A stretch of 64,000 nucleotides of DNA from Octopus vulgaris (lineage: Eukaryota), in NCBI GenBank assembly GCA_951406725.2, contig OX597814.1, positions 109,120,001 through 109,184,000 of the forward strand, in the 5' to 3' direction. A program made the translations under genes and the position numbers. Shown one piece after another: positions 48,846 through 60,805 of the stretch. The notes beneath the pieces were generated by a model, which did not search any database, was not told the origin of the DNA, and saw only the letters and a list, made by a program, of their open reading frames with translations. How positions within the stretch are numbered: the stretch's first letter is position 1; every line of letters starts with the position of its first letter.

Positions 48846-50073
48846 CAGAAAATCGAAAACATTGGTGTGACTCAGGCAACATGGTTAGAGTTTAGTAAGA
48901 TAACAGGGTAACATCATTAGAAGGGTAGGTAGGGAGGAAGATGAGAGGAAATGAAATAGAATAAAATAAAATAAAAATAAAACAAGATATGATACCATAA
49001 AGCGGAGAAGTGAAAGAAAAGAAAATAAACGAAAATAATATAAAATACACAGAGGATAGTAGAGTAGAAGGAGGTTTACTTTTCTGTAATAGGTTGGGGG
49101 ATATAAAAGGCTTTTTTAAAAGATCTTAAACTCTTTTGTTACCAACCTGGCTGAAACTGCCTCTGGCTCTGTAGTACAAATGTCTTGTTTTCATAAGTTT
49201 TGAATTAAAATCTTCCACCAAACCTTAGTCACAATTTATGTTCCTAACACTAGCTTAATGATAACTAAGTTATTTTACTAAATTTTTTGTTAAATTTTAA
49301 ATTAATTGAAAGAAACACAGAGCATCTCAAAATAAATATGGTAACAAAAGGGTTAAAATATATAAGGTAGAAACAATTCTTAACCCTTTTGATGCCAACC
49401 TGGCTGAAACCAGTTCTGGCTCTGTAGTACAAATGTCTTGTTTTCATAAGTTTTGAATTAAAATCGTCCACCAAACCTAAGTCACAATTTATATTCCTAA
49501 CATTAGCTTAATGATAACTAAGTTATTTTACTAACCTCTTTGCTATATCTAAAGTAATTAAAAGAAATACAGAACATCTCAACAGAAATACAGTAAGAAA
49601 AGGGTTAAAGGTTTATGGATGTAGATGTTTTATAAGTTTTAAAAGTTTAAAAAATTTTTTAAGCTTTAAAAGTTTAAGGATATATAAAAGGTATGTGGAT
49701 ATAGAAATAGGTATAAAAGTAGGTAGGTAGGTAGGTAGATGGATAGACAGATAAATGGGTTGATAGCAAGATAGACAAATCAATGTGTGTATGTGTGTAG
49801 ATATATATCTAGATGGATGGATGAATGGACGGACAGACAGACAGATTGATTGAGTAATTGATAGATAGATATTGATAGATAGATAGCTAAATTGATACAT
49901 AGATAGATAAAGGGATTGATAGGTAGGTAGATATTAATAAAATATAACATGAAGAGGCTTTGTAGTCTGATAGTTTGTTAAGTGAGGAAGAATATATGAC
50001 TAATTTTCTGTGAAGCTTTTACAAACACCTGCAGATTTAGCAAACAATACTAATTAGTAAAAAAAGAACCCAC

Positions 50074-50235
50074 CTTCTTCTATGTCATCAACATTCAACT
50101 TTTCAGTTTGTTCCACACTTTCCAAAGTCACATTTTCAGGTGATGTACATTTACTGGTGAAAGGAGGTATAATCACTTCTATTAAATTCTCTGCAGAATC
50201 ATATTTTTTCACCTCGATGCCTTCAGTTTCTGTAT
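50074..50235 (-). CDS. HYDIN: HYDIN exon (TETEGIEVKKYDSAENL...LNVDDIEE)
   Basis: ttgtag acceptor, AG|GTGGGT donor; 162 bp phase 1-1; low-complexity region. Confidence 0.75.
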
Positions 50236-52528
50236 CTACAACATAAAACAAGTTTGCTGTGAATTATATTCTTCCATTTTAAATAGAGTAAGGTGGGGTT
50301 TGAAGGAAATTTGGTTCTTATTTCTCGCAGGTCAAACGACTACATTAAGGCTCCACAGCTAGTCCTTTAAGTGAGATTTTTTTTTTCCCACGAGAATTCT
50401 GAACCCCAGTTATGAACTCATTTGCATACAGCCAATCAGAGCTCAACTATCAAACTACTGTCCACCTGGTCACGAAAATACTCTGAGTTCAGTGGAAAAT
50501 GTACGTTATAGCAAAATCTAACTGTTCTACACAGGTTAACAGGGGTGACAAATGTGAAATTTAGTGTATAAAATGAATGGAGAGCTGCTCACTGATAATG
50601 CCATAAGTGTTGCCAATTTGTGCAATTTACTAGAAAATGTAAATGAGTCGAGCGTGATCGGAGCACAATCCGAGCGTGATTGTTGCCAGAGCAGCCAACT
50701 GGCTTCCATGCCAGTGGCACATAAAAGGGCACCATTCAAGCGTGATCGTTACCAACGTCGCCTAACTGGTACCTGTGGCAGTGGCATGTGTAAAAAGATT
50801 CAAGCGAGGTCATTGCCAGTACTGCCTGATTGGCCCCCATGCCGGTGGCACGTAAAAGCACTCACTACACTCTCGGAGTGGTTGACATTAGGAAGGGCAT
50901 CCAGCTGTAGAAACTTTGCCAGATCAAGATTGGAGCCTGGTGCAGCCATCTGGTTCGCCAGCCCTCACTCAAAATTGTCCAACTCATGATAGCATGGAAA
51001 GCGGACGATAACCGATGATGATGATGATGATGATTACCTAATTTTTTTACTAATTTTGTATATTCCTAAATTAAAATGTTGGTGTTGATCTGGAAACATC
51101 ATAATCAATATGGTGCTGTGTTGTATTGCACCCTCCTTGCATTTATCAATGGGTACATGCAGTATCCCTAATCTCAGTCTGAGCATAAGTACCTAATGTT
51201 AGCTCCTGTCCCTCTATTATACTTTCACCTTCTCGCATCACCTGACACAAAGCCACCTCCCTTAACACTACCTCAACTCTCAATTGAAGTAGCTTGCTTT
51301 TCAAGTTGCTTAGAATTTCTCACAAGTTTTGATGCCACGTATAAAGTGCCCAGTGCACTCTGTAATGTGATTCTGTTCATCGTTGTCATTCATCCTCATC
51401 ATTAAATATCTGTTTTTCATGCAGGCATGGGTTGGGCAAGTCAGAAGTCTGCTCCAGGTCCCATTGCTGTTTTGGCATGGTTTCTTCAGCTGGATGCCCT
51501 TCCTAATGCTTCAGGCCAACCAAAGACACAAAGACACACACACACACATAATGGGCTTCTTTCAGTTTCCGTCTACCAAATCCACTCACAAAGCTTTGGT
51601 TTGCCAAACCAGCAATGGGACTTGGGGCAGACTTCTGACTTGCCAGCCCCTGTTGAACCATCCAACCCATACTCTTTTACTTGTTTCAGTCATTTGACTG
51701 TGGCCATGCTGGAGCACCGCCTTTAGTTGAGCAAATCAACCCCAGGATTTATTCTTTGTAAGCCTAGTACTTATTCTATCGGTCTCTTTTGCTGAAACGC
51801 TAAGTTACGGGGACGTAAACACACCAGCATCGGTTGTCAAGCAATGTTGGGGGGGACAAACACAAACACATAAATACACACACACATACATATATATACG
51901 ACAGGCTTCTTTCAGTTTCCATCTACCAAATCCATTCACAAGGCTTTGGTCGGCCCGAGGCTATAGTAGAAGACACTTGCCCAAGGTGCCACGCAGTGGG
52001 AATGAACCCAGAACCATGTGGTTGGGAAGCAAGCTACTTACCACACAGCCACTCCTGCACCCATGCCAGCATGAAAAACATATTTAATGATGATGATGAA
52101 CGACAATGATGAACAAAACTATAAAATCTAAAGACACAACATCCCCAAATCTTTTATCTTTTACTTGTTTCAGCCATTAGACTGTGGTCATGCTGGGGCA
52201 CAGCCTTACAGAATTTTTAGTCAAATGAATCAATTCCAGTCCCTTTTCTTTTAAAGCCTCGTACTTATTCTATCAGCCTCTTTTGTCAAATGATGGTGGT
52301 GGGCGTGACAAACATAGACACAAAGACACACACATAATGGGTTTCTTTCAGTTTCTGTCTACCAAATCCACTCACAAGACTTTGGTTGGCCTGAAGCTAT
52401 AATAGAAGACACTTGCCCATGGTGCCACACAGTGGGACTGAACCTGGAACCATATGGTAGGGAAGCAAACTTCTTCCCACTAAATTGTTATTTTAAATGA
52501 TATTTATTCTTTAAACTATTAATAAAAT

Positions 52529-52860
52529 TACAGAGATGTACTTGCATAGCAAGTGACCTGATCTGAGATTGTGTGCTGGAACAAAAACAATTGCAGCATG
52601 CAAGGTGCTTACAAGCCATTTAAAAACACAAAAATTGTTAGATTCACTTCAACATTTAAATTTAATTTGCCAAAATATTTTTGGCGCTTTGAGATGGCAA
52701 CCTGTTCATTGACAAAACTCCATGCTGGAATTTTGTCAGTGAACAGGTCGCAGTCTCAAAGCAACGAAAATATTTTGGCAAATTGAATTTAAATGTTGAG
52801 TGAATCTAACGGATTTTGTGTGTTTTTATATGGCTTATAAATACTTTCCACGCTGCATTT
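52529..52860. mobile_element. Non-autonomous hammerhead-bearing fold-back element
   Basis: Arms 52592-52722 / 52726-52857; 10-bp TSD ttaataaaat 52519-52528 / 52861-52870. Confidence 0.78.
52732..52782 (+). ncRNA. Minimal type I hammerhead fold with swapped G3-C8 core
   Basis: Stem I UUUGUCA/UGGCAAA; core GUGAACA 52739-52745; extra G; stem II GUCGC/GCAAC (one mismatch); GAA; palindromic stem III AAUAUU; U17 at 52775. Confidence 0.68.
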
Positions 52861-53364
52861 TTAATAAAATGAAACAAGATTTTCCACTTCAAATCACCGA
52901 TAAATAAATATTTTACACCAACCATTATCATCATCATCGTTTAACATCCATTTTCCATGCTGGCATGGGTTGGACGGTCCGACTGGGGTCTGGGAAGCCA
53001 GGAAGCTGCACTAGGCCCCAATCTGATCTGACAGTGTTTATACAGCTAGATGCCCTTCCTAATACCAACCACTCTGGAAGTGTAATGGGTGCTTTTTACG
53101 TGCCACCAGCACAGGGGCCAGAGGTGCTGGCATTGACCACAATCAGATATTGCTTTTTACGTGCTACCGGCATGGAGGTCACACTACAATTTCCATTTGA
53201 TTTGATTTTGATATTGCTGTTGATGTACTTGACTCAATAGGTCTCCTCAAGCATGGCATGTCGCCCTACGATCCAAGGTACTTTTGAGTGGGCTGGTTAT
53301 GTGACACTAGTGTCAATAAAGTTTTTTTTATCAGAAAAAACAACAAAGGAAAGTTTGTTCTTAC

Positions 53365-53466
53365 CCTCTTTGACGTCTTGCTCTTGGGTGTCCTCAGAAA
53401 CTGAGCTCAACAAACTCATTCCTTCTTTGTGGAACTTCTCCATTTCTTCAAGTCTTTTCTTCCGTG
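53365..53466 (-). CDS. HYDIN: HYDIN exon (RKKRLEEMEKFHKEGMSLLSSVSEDTQEQDVKE)
   Basis: Strong acceptor, G|GTAAGA donor; phase 1-1. Confidence 0.82.
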
Positions 53467-54511
53467 CTAAAAGAAAAAAAATTTAAGATTTTAAAAAATC
53501 AAGAAAAAGGTTCCAATAAAATCTCTGTGGCTGTGTGGTAAAAAGTTTGCTGCCTAACCACATGGTTTTGGGTTCAGTCCCACTGCGTGGCACCTTGGGC
53601 AAGTGTCTTCTGAGTGGATTTGGCTGAAGGAAACTGAAAGAAACCTGTTGGTGATATGCTATGCTTGAGAAAACCCATCAAGCCAAATGAAATCATAGTT
53701 GTATCTGATGCTGGTGTCACATAACTGGCATCCATGCCAGTGGCACGTAAAAAGCACCTTTCAAGCGTTGGGCCTCACAGAGGCTGAGCTCCTTTTGAGT
53801 GTTGGGCCTCACGGAAGCAATGATCAAGATCTTTGGCATTATGTTGTGCTTGGGAAGAAGACCCATCAAATGCCAAGTAAAATCACAGTCATAGCAGATA
53901 TTGGTGTCACACAAATTGACACATAAATTCACCCACTACACTCTCGGAGTGGTTGGTGTTAGGAAGGGCATTCAGCCATAGAAAACCATGCAAAATCAGA
54001 CTGGAGTCTGGTGCAGCCTTCCAGCTTGCTGACCCTGGTCAAACCATCCAACCCATGCCAGCATGGACAATGGATGCTAAATGATGATGATGATGGTACA
54101 AATGTATATATATATAAATGTATATCCATGTGTTGGTGTATGTGAGTTAAGCTAAGTGGTGCACTATGAAAACACATCCTAGGTATGGTGGCAGGCAATG
54201 AGTAAAAGAACACTATACACACAGTGAGAAACAAAAAAAAACAAGGAATAAATGACAGAGTTGTTAGGGGGGGGTCTGCACAGTTATACAAAGGAGAAAT
54301 TTTTAAATAATTTTATCTTCAATTCTCCTGCAGTTCTTATGATTATTTCATAATCATCATATCAGTCAACATCATTGGGGTACTGGGGTAGCCATGTAAC
54401 ACTTCTAGAGTAAGATGACTATCTCTGTCCCCCAGTATGGCCCACAGTTCAATGACTAAACAAAGTAAATGAAGATAAGAGATGATAAAAAGAAAGTAGA
54501 AGTCTTCAAAC

Positions 54512-54614
54512 CTTTATAAAAGTCAAGCAGTTCTTGGGGTAACTTCTCCCCAGCAGCCCGAGGTGGTAAAAGCAAGGTTTTATAATCATCATAGCCTCGC
54601 ATCAGACGAAGAAT
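54512..54614 (-). CDS. HYDIN: HYDIN exon (ILRLMRGYDDYKTLLLPPRAAGEKLPQELLDFYK)
   Basis: Resembles HYDIN ILRKLKGYDSYNTLLLPPRNPGEKLPPEL. Confidence 0.94.
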
Positions 54615-55740
54615 CTGTTAGAATTAGAAATAGCGTTTCTTAAATTAAATCCTCAACGAGAGAGAAAAAAATTTTTATTCCAAACCAATTTCTTCATAAC
54701 AAAAGATTAATATTTTTAGCTAACAGAATCATTAACACACCTGACAAAATGCTTGATGGCATTTCATCCATCTTCACACTGAGTTAAAATTCCACCAAGG
54801 TCAACTTTGCTTTCATCCTTTCGGGGTCAATAAAATAAGTACCAGTTGGACACTGGGGTCAATCTAATCAATTTACTCACCCTCCCCTGATATTGCTGGC
54901 CTTGTGCCGAAATTTGAAATCAATATTTTCATTTAAAGTCATAATACGGTAAACATAATGATTTTTAAAAGTAATGTTGGTTCTGAGACATCATTATCTA
55001 CTCTTCATCCATTAATTTTGTTTGTTTCATTCACATTTTACACTGACCCATCCACCCCACCTAGCCACCATATTATGTCTCCTCCTCCTCCACCACCACC
55101 ACCACCAGATGTCTCTTACCCTTTTCATGCACTACACCTGCCTCTTTCTCCCCTCCAACTCCTGCCACCACGTCATCTCACTCGCTCTCTCATCCCCACC
55201 CCATTTACTGTATCCTCATTACTATTCTACTCCACTCCTCACCCCTTTTTCTGCACTGTCAGTCATCTCCTACTCTACCCTACTTCCCCCAACTCATGCA
55301 TAATCGGTCGGCCTTTTACTCCTTATTTACCATTCACTGCACCCACCCTTCAACCTTGCCCGGCCTTTAAGGTTGTTGTCTACTTCCCTTCCCCCCACCT
55401 TTCACTCCCCTATACACTGTTGCAACCTCCATCCACCCCCACTTCTGAGTCTCTTGTCCCCCACCTCATTTCTACTCATCTCATACCATGAAGGTCCACA
55501 CAGATGCCTCATCACCACCACTTTGCTCTCCATCACCTCAGTCACTTCTACTCTCTCTCTTAAAATGTGAGGAGTCATTATAGCTACTCTGCAGCAAGAA
55601 AGCTGTCCTTCTCTGGTCCCTTCTCTCACACAGTTACCTCTCAACTCCTAGGGTAAAGCCACCTCTATTGGGATTGTAATCTTGCAAGCTGCATGGTGAC
55701 CTCACTGGTGCTGGTGCCATGAAAAACATATCTAGTACAT

Positions 55741-55985
55741 TTCTATATTTAAGAGATGAGGAATTATGTACATTATTTACATTTGACAGATATTTGTCCT
55801 CATCTTGTTTGTTGTTAACACAACGTTTTGGCTGATATACCCCCCAGCCTTCATCAGGTGTCTTGGGGAAATTTCAAACATTAGGAATGAGAACCTGATG
55901 AAGGCTGGGGGGTATATCAGCCAAAACGTTGTGTTAACAACAAACAAGATGATGACAAATATCCATCAAATGTAAATAATGTAAA
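55741..55985. mobile_element. Hammerhead-bearing fold-back element (same family as 57752-58176), both cores with G12>A
   Basis: Arms about 55769-55859 / 55893-55983; minus strand GACAC-CUGAUGA-A-GGCUG...CAGCC-aAAAC-GUU-GUGUU at 55817-55862. Confidence 0.78.
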
Positions 55986-56408
55986 TAATACATCTAACAC
56001 ATGTTGTAACTTCAAGTAATTAACTATGTCACCATAAAAAGCATGGAAACGTATGTGAACATGGTCTGACCAATCAGATCAGCTGGAATGCAACCACATA
56101 ATGGTAGACTTGAAAGTAAGTTTTGGGAATTTTCCAACCAAATAATTTTGCAGAAGGTTCTCAAAGTTTTGACTAAATGTTATAAAAATCTAGGATACTG
56201 AACTGCTACATAGAACAGTTTCACCCTTTCTACTTATTCTTTAATAAGCATGAACGATTTTGATATAAATAACTAAAATATTTGATCCAAGAGGACTTAA
56301 CTATCACATTTACAATCTCATGTATAGTGTTTTATTCAAACAATTGTTGTACATAGATAAATACAAATGTACTGGGTAATATAATATATGTAAACTTATA
56401 TGTATGGT

Positions 56409-56698
56409 CAGTGGCAGACTGACCAGGTTGCCAGTTTACCTGATGGCAAATGAGCCCCTGCACCATTAGAGTCCATATATGGGGGCCCATGTTAGTATCT
56501 AAGAGGCCCATCTCCTCAAGTTTGAGAATTTTTTATTCACTCCTGGAAGAATACATTATTTCAGCCTGGCTGTGTTTGTAGACAGCTGAAAAGAATATTT
56601 TTAATAAAAAAAAAAAGCATTAAATGAGAGCATTGCAGTTGCAGGTGAGCCCCCTTAGTCTCCTGGCAACCAATATTTTTAGACCCAGTCCACCACGG
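56409..56698. mobile_element. hAT-type MITE
   Basis: TIR cagtggcagactg / cagtccaccacgg; 8-bp TSD tgtatggt / tgtgtggt. Confidence 0.7.
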
Positions 56699-57751
56699 TG
56701 TGTGGTTATTCTAGTCTTCACACACAGCCTGTCTAATATTATGTACTATCAATGACAAACTAATGATTAAAACCTGCTAGAATGATGACTCATCATTGTT
56801 GTCATCAACACCGCCACCACCAACATCATAATTGTCATCATCATCATCATCATTATGATGAAAAGTCTGTTTTTCATGCTGGCATGGATTGGAGGTTTGA
56901 TAGGAGCTGGTAAGGTTGGGAACTGCACCAAGTTCCAGTCATCTGTCTCAGCATGATTTCTACAGCTGGATACCCTTCCTAACATCACCCACTTTACAGA
57001 CTGTATTGGGCGCTTTTCCCATCGAACTGGCACAGGTGCTTTTTATGTGGCACCAGTGGGATCACCAAGTAACTTGTAGGATAAAGACCTCTTAGTTGAG
57101 AGAAGGAACAGAACAGAGGGAAGTGGTTGCATGCCAGGTGAGTGGTTAGAGTGTGATAGGAGAGATTATCATCTGACTATAGAGGAGATATTTGGCTACG
57201 AGAAAGGAGAAAGAATGAGGGAGACAGTTAGGGAGAAAGATACACCATCAATGAAGTTTATCCAAGGAAATGACCACAGACAGTTTGGCTCCAGTGTTGT
57301 GACAGGTGTTAGTGTCAGAAGACAAAGGACCAGAACAGACACCAAAAAAGCATATCTTTTCTGATCCTCTAATGGTTGCACCAACCTACTGTCTTGGATC
57401 GGAATTTTTTTATTTACCTCAAAAGGATGGAAGGTGAAGTTTACCCTAGCAGGATTTGAACTCAGAGTACAGACATTCAGAATAACTACCACAAAATAAT
57501 TTACCTGGAACTCTAACAACTCAGAGCTAGTTTGTTGCCCAAATAGCAAGTATAAAAATCATGATGATGATGATAATAATAATGGAAATAAATACAGAAA
57601 AGTCCCTTACAATCAGCCAGTGGTGTTCCCAACCATTTCTTGCCTGCGGACCCCTTTGATTTCTATTTTGCTCCACTGGAACGCCCATAACCATTTGAAG
57701 TTTAAAAATATCATAATATTTTTTTTTTATGATTAAATATTATTAGGAATT

Positions 57752-58176
57752 CAGTTCTATATTTATGAGATGAGGAATTATATACATTATTTATATTTGA
57801 TGGATATACCCTCCAGCCTTCATCAGGTGTCTTGGAGAAATTTTGAACCTGGGTTCTCATTCCTCAGGTATTTTTCGATGTTATTATTATTATTATCATT
57901 ATTATTATTATTGTTCAGGCCACTGCCTGGAATTGAACTCAGAATCTTGGGGTTAGCAGCCTGTGCTCTTAACCCCAAGATTCCAGGTTCAATTCCAGGC
58001 AGTGACCTGAATAATAATACTAATAACATCGAAAAATACCTTGGGAATGAGAACCCAGGTTCAAAATTTCCTCAAGAAACCTGATGAAGGCTGGAGAGTA
58101 CATCAGCCGAAACGTTGGATTAACAACAAACAAGAGGAGGACAAATATCCGTCAAATGTAAATAATGTAAATAATG
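57752..58176. mobile_element. tRNA-headed, hammerhead-bearing fold-back retroposon
   Basis: Perfect 14-bp TSD tattattaggaatt 57738-57751 / 58177-58190; arms meet at a tRNA-like head (57918-57975, minus strand) with B-box; hammerhead core at 58081-58116. Confidence 0.85.
58076..58121 (+). ncRNA. Minimal type I hammerhead, canonical core (stem I decayed in this copy)
   Basis: CUGAUGA 58081-58087, extra A, GGCUG/CAGCC stem II, GAAA 58109-58112, palindromic ACGU, GUU triplet. Confidence 0.75.
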
Positions 58177-58389
58177 TATTATTAGGAATTGTATAAAAAC
58201 AATTGTTAAAATATTTTGTGTGTTGAACAAGTATAACGAATCTATTGCTAATTATCAATGACAAAATCATATAAGGACACCCCCCACCCCACCAAGGGCC
58301 ATGTGGACCCCAGTAGAGAACCACTGATATAAGCAATGAAAACCTTTTCAATAAATCCCATTTTACTTCATCTCAAATATTGGAATTAC

Positions 58390-58629
58390 CTTTTCTTCTT
58401 CAAGATAGTTGCTATCAAAGTCCACACTGTAGAATTCTATTGGGAAATCGCATGGATTCTTCACAATCACTTCTTTCTCATCCCCGCAACTGTGTGGAAG
58501 AATTGGTCTGTATGTGACGTGTTCTTCCAACAACTCAAGAACTGGTTCAATGCCATTTCCTTTACACTGAAGAATGATTCTTTCACTGCTTTGGGCAATT
58601 CGGATTGGTATTCTCTTTTCATACAATTT
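58390..58629 (-). CDS. HYDIN: HYDIN exon (KLYEKRIPIRIAQSSERIILQCKGNGIEP...GDEKEVIVKNPCDFPIEFYSVDFDSNYLEEEK)
   Basis: Resembles HYDIN IAQS...GLEP...GDEAEVIVKNPCNFPIEFYSLEFDQQYLIEEK; 240 bp, phase 0-0. Confidence 0.96.
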
Positions 58630-60774
58630 CTTCAAAAAACAATACAATTTCTATTTAAATGGAATTTTTTTTTTTAAATGGATTTTAAAAAAAAAACAAA
58701 AACAAAAATCTTCAATATTCTCCTGAATTCTCAATATTCAAACGTTTCTAAGTATATAAATCAGAGAGGAAGTGATTTGGAAAGAAGCTGCTGTTCTTTT
58801 TTTAAAGAAAAATGTCATTCATGAGATAACGGGAGGTGGTGGAGTTTTTGAGTTTTACAAATAAAATTTGTAATAAATTGTCATGTGTACAAAGAATAAT
58901 GAGAGCCAAAACAATGACAATCATCATCATCATTTAACGTCCATTATTTCCCGCTGGCATGGGTTGGATGGTTTAACAGGGGCTGGTAAGGCCAGGAGCC
59001 ACCCCAAGCTCCATTGTCAATTTTGGTATGGTCTCTACAGCTGGATGCCCTTCCCAATGCCAACCACTTGACAGAGTGTACTGGGCACTTTTTATGTGGC
59101 ACCAGTGCTTACCATGTGGCATGAGTGCTGACAGAGTCAACCACTAACTGACAAGACAAAAATGAGGTGCATATTCATTTTTAATTTTCTAGCACATTCC
59201 AACATATTAGAAGCTAACAACTTCAGACAATGCATGTTCACAAAACACTTGATTCATTGATATAAGGGGCCTTTGAGAGAGAGCAGTGTTTGAACCTGGC
59301 CATATCTTTTCAATAAGTCTAAACCTGGCCATATCTTTTCAATAAGTCTAAACAAGAATGGTGGCTCTTGTTTATAGAATTCAGCAAACAAAATTATTTT
59401 ACGAAGCATGCCGATGCCTGCTGTCGCAGAGAATGTTGAAATATTCTCTTTCAAATGCTATTTTGACAAAAGACAAAGTCAAAATTGATAACTCGCTCTC
59501 CTCTTATCTCAACATCACAAATGAGCATTTGTGATGGCCAGAAATGAGTTCAAACATCTTCTGTATATTCTGATAAAAATAAATACATAGCAGGGTCTCT
59601 ATACCCAAACATAATCTGTTCTGGAGTCCTGTTCATTAATTAAACTGTTTCTTACAGGAGTAATTAAAATACATATAAATAGTGGGGGGGATGTCATTTA
59701 TTCTAAGCCTCACCCAAACTCTACATAAAGCATGAAATGATGCTTTATTTGTCCATCCACTAACAGGAAATACATAAATATATGTATATATCATCATCAT
59801 CATCACTGTTTAACATCTGTTTTCCATGCTGGCATGGGCTGGATGGTTTGACTGGGGTCTGGGAAGCGAGAAGGCTGCACCAGGCTCCAATCTGATCTGG
59901 CAATGTTTCTACAGCAAGATGCCCTTCCAACGCCAACCACTCCAAGAGTGTAGTGGGTGCTTTTTACGTGCCACCAGCACAGAGGCCAGAGAGGGCTAGC
60001 ATCAACCATGATTGGATGGTGCTTTTTATGTACCACCGGCACAGAAGCCAGTCAAGGCAATGCTGGCATCAGCCACATTTGAGTGGTGCTTTTTCTGTAT
60101 ATATATATAATGTATGTATGTATCATCATCAGCATCATCATCATCGTTTAACGTCCGTTTTCTATGCTAGCATGGGTTGGACGGTTCGACCGGGGTCTGG
60201 GAAGCCAGGAGGCTGCACCAGGCTCCAATCTGATCTGGCAATGTTTCTACAGCTGGATGCCCTTCCTAACGCCAACCACTCCATGAGTGTAGTGGGTGCT
60301 TTTTACATGCCACCATCATAGATGCCAGGGGAGGCTGGCAGCGGCCACAATCGGTTGGTGCTTATATATATATCATCATCTGGTATGGGTCAGATGGTTT
60401 GACTGGGCCTGATGAGCTGGGGAACTGCACCAGGTTCCAGTCTGATTTGGCATGGTTTTTTCCACAGCTGGATGCCCTTCTTAATGCCAACCACTCCAGG
60501 AGTGTAATGGGTGCTTTTACATGCCACTGGCACGGGTGCTGAACATGTGTGTGTATGTGTGTGCAGCATTTGTTCCTTTGTCTTGCTTATGTTTTTAGCA
60601 AAAACAATATAGGCGCAGGAGTGGCTGTGTGGTAAGTAGCTTGCTTACCAACCACTTGGTTCCAGGTCCATTCCCACTGCGTGGCACCTTGGGCAAGTGT
60701 CTTCTACTATAGCCTTGGGCCGACCAAAGCCTTGTGAGTGGATTTGGTAGATGGAAACTGAAAGAAGCCCATTG

Positions 60775-60805
<31 letters not shown>

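Larger units (their letters stand above)
57619..58326. mobile_element. hAT-type MITE (related to 7762-8368) hosting the ribozyme-SINE insertion
   Basis: cagtggtgttcccaacc...ggacccctttgatt ... ggaccccagtagagaaccactg. Confidence 0.7.
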
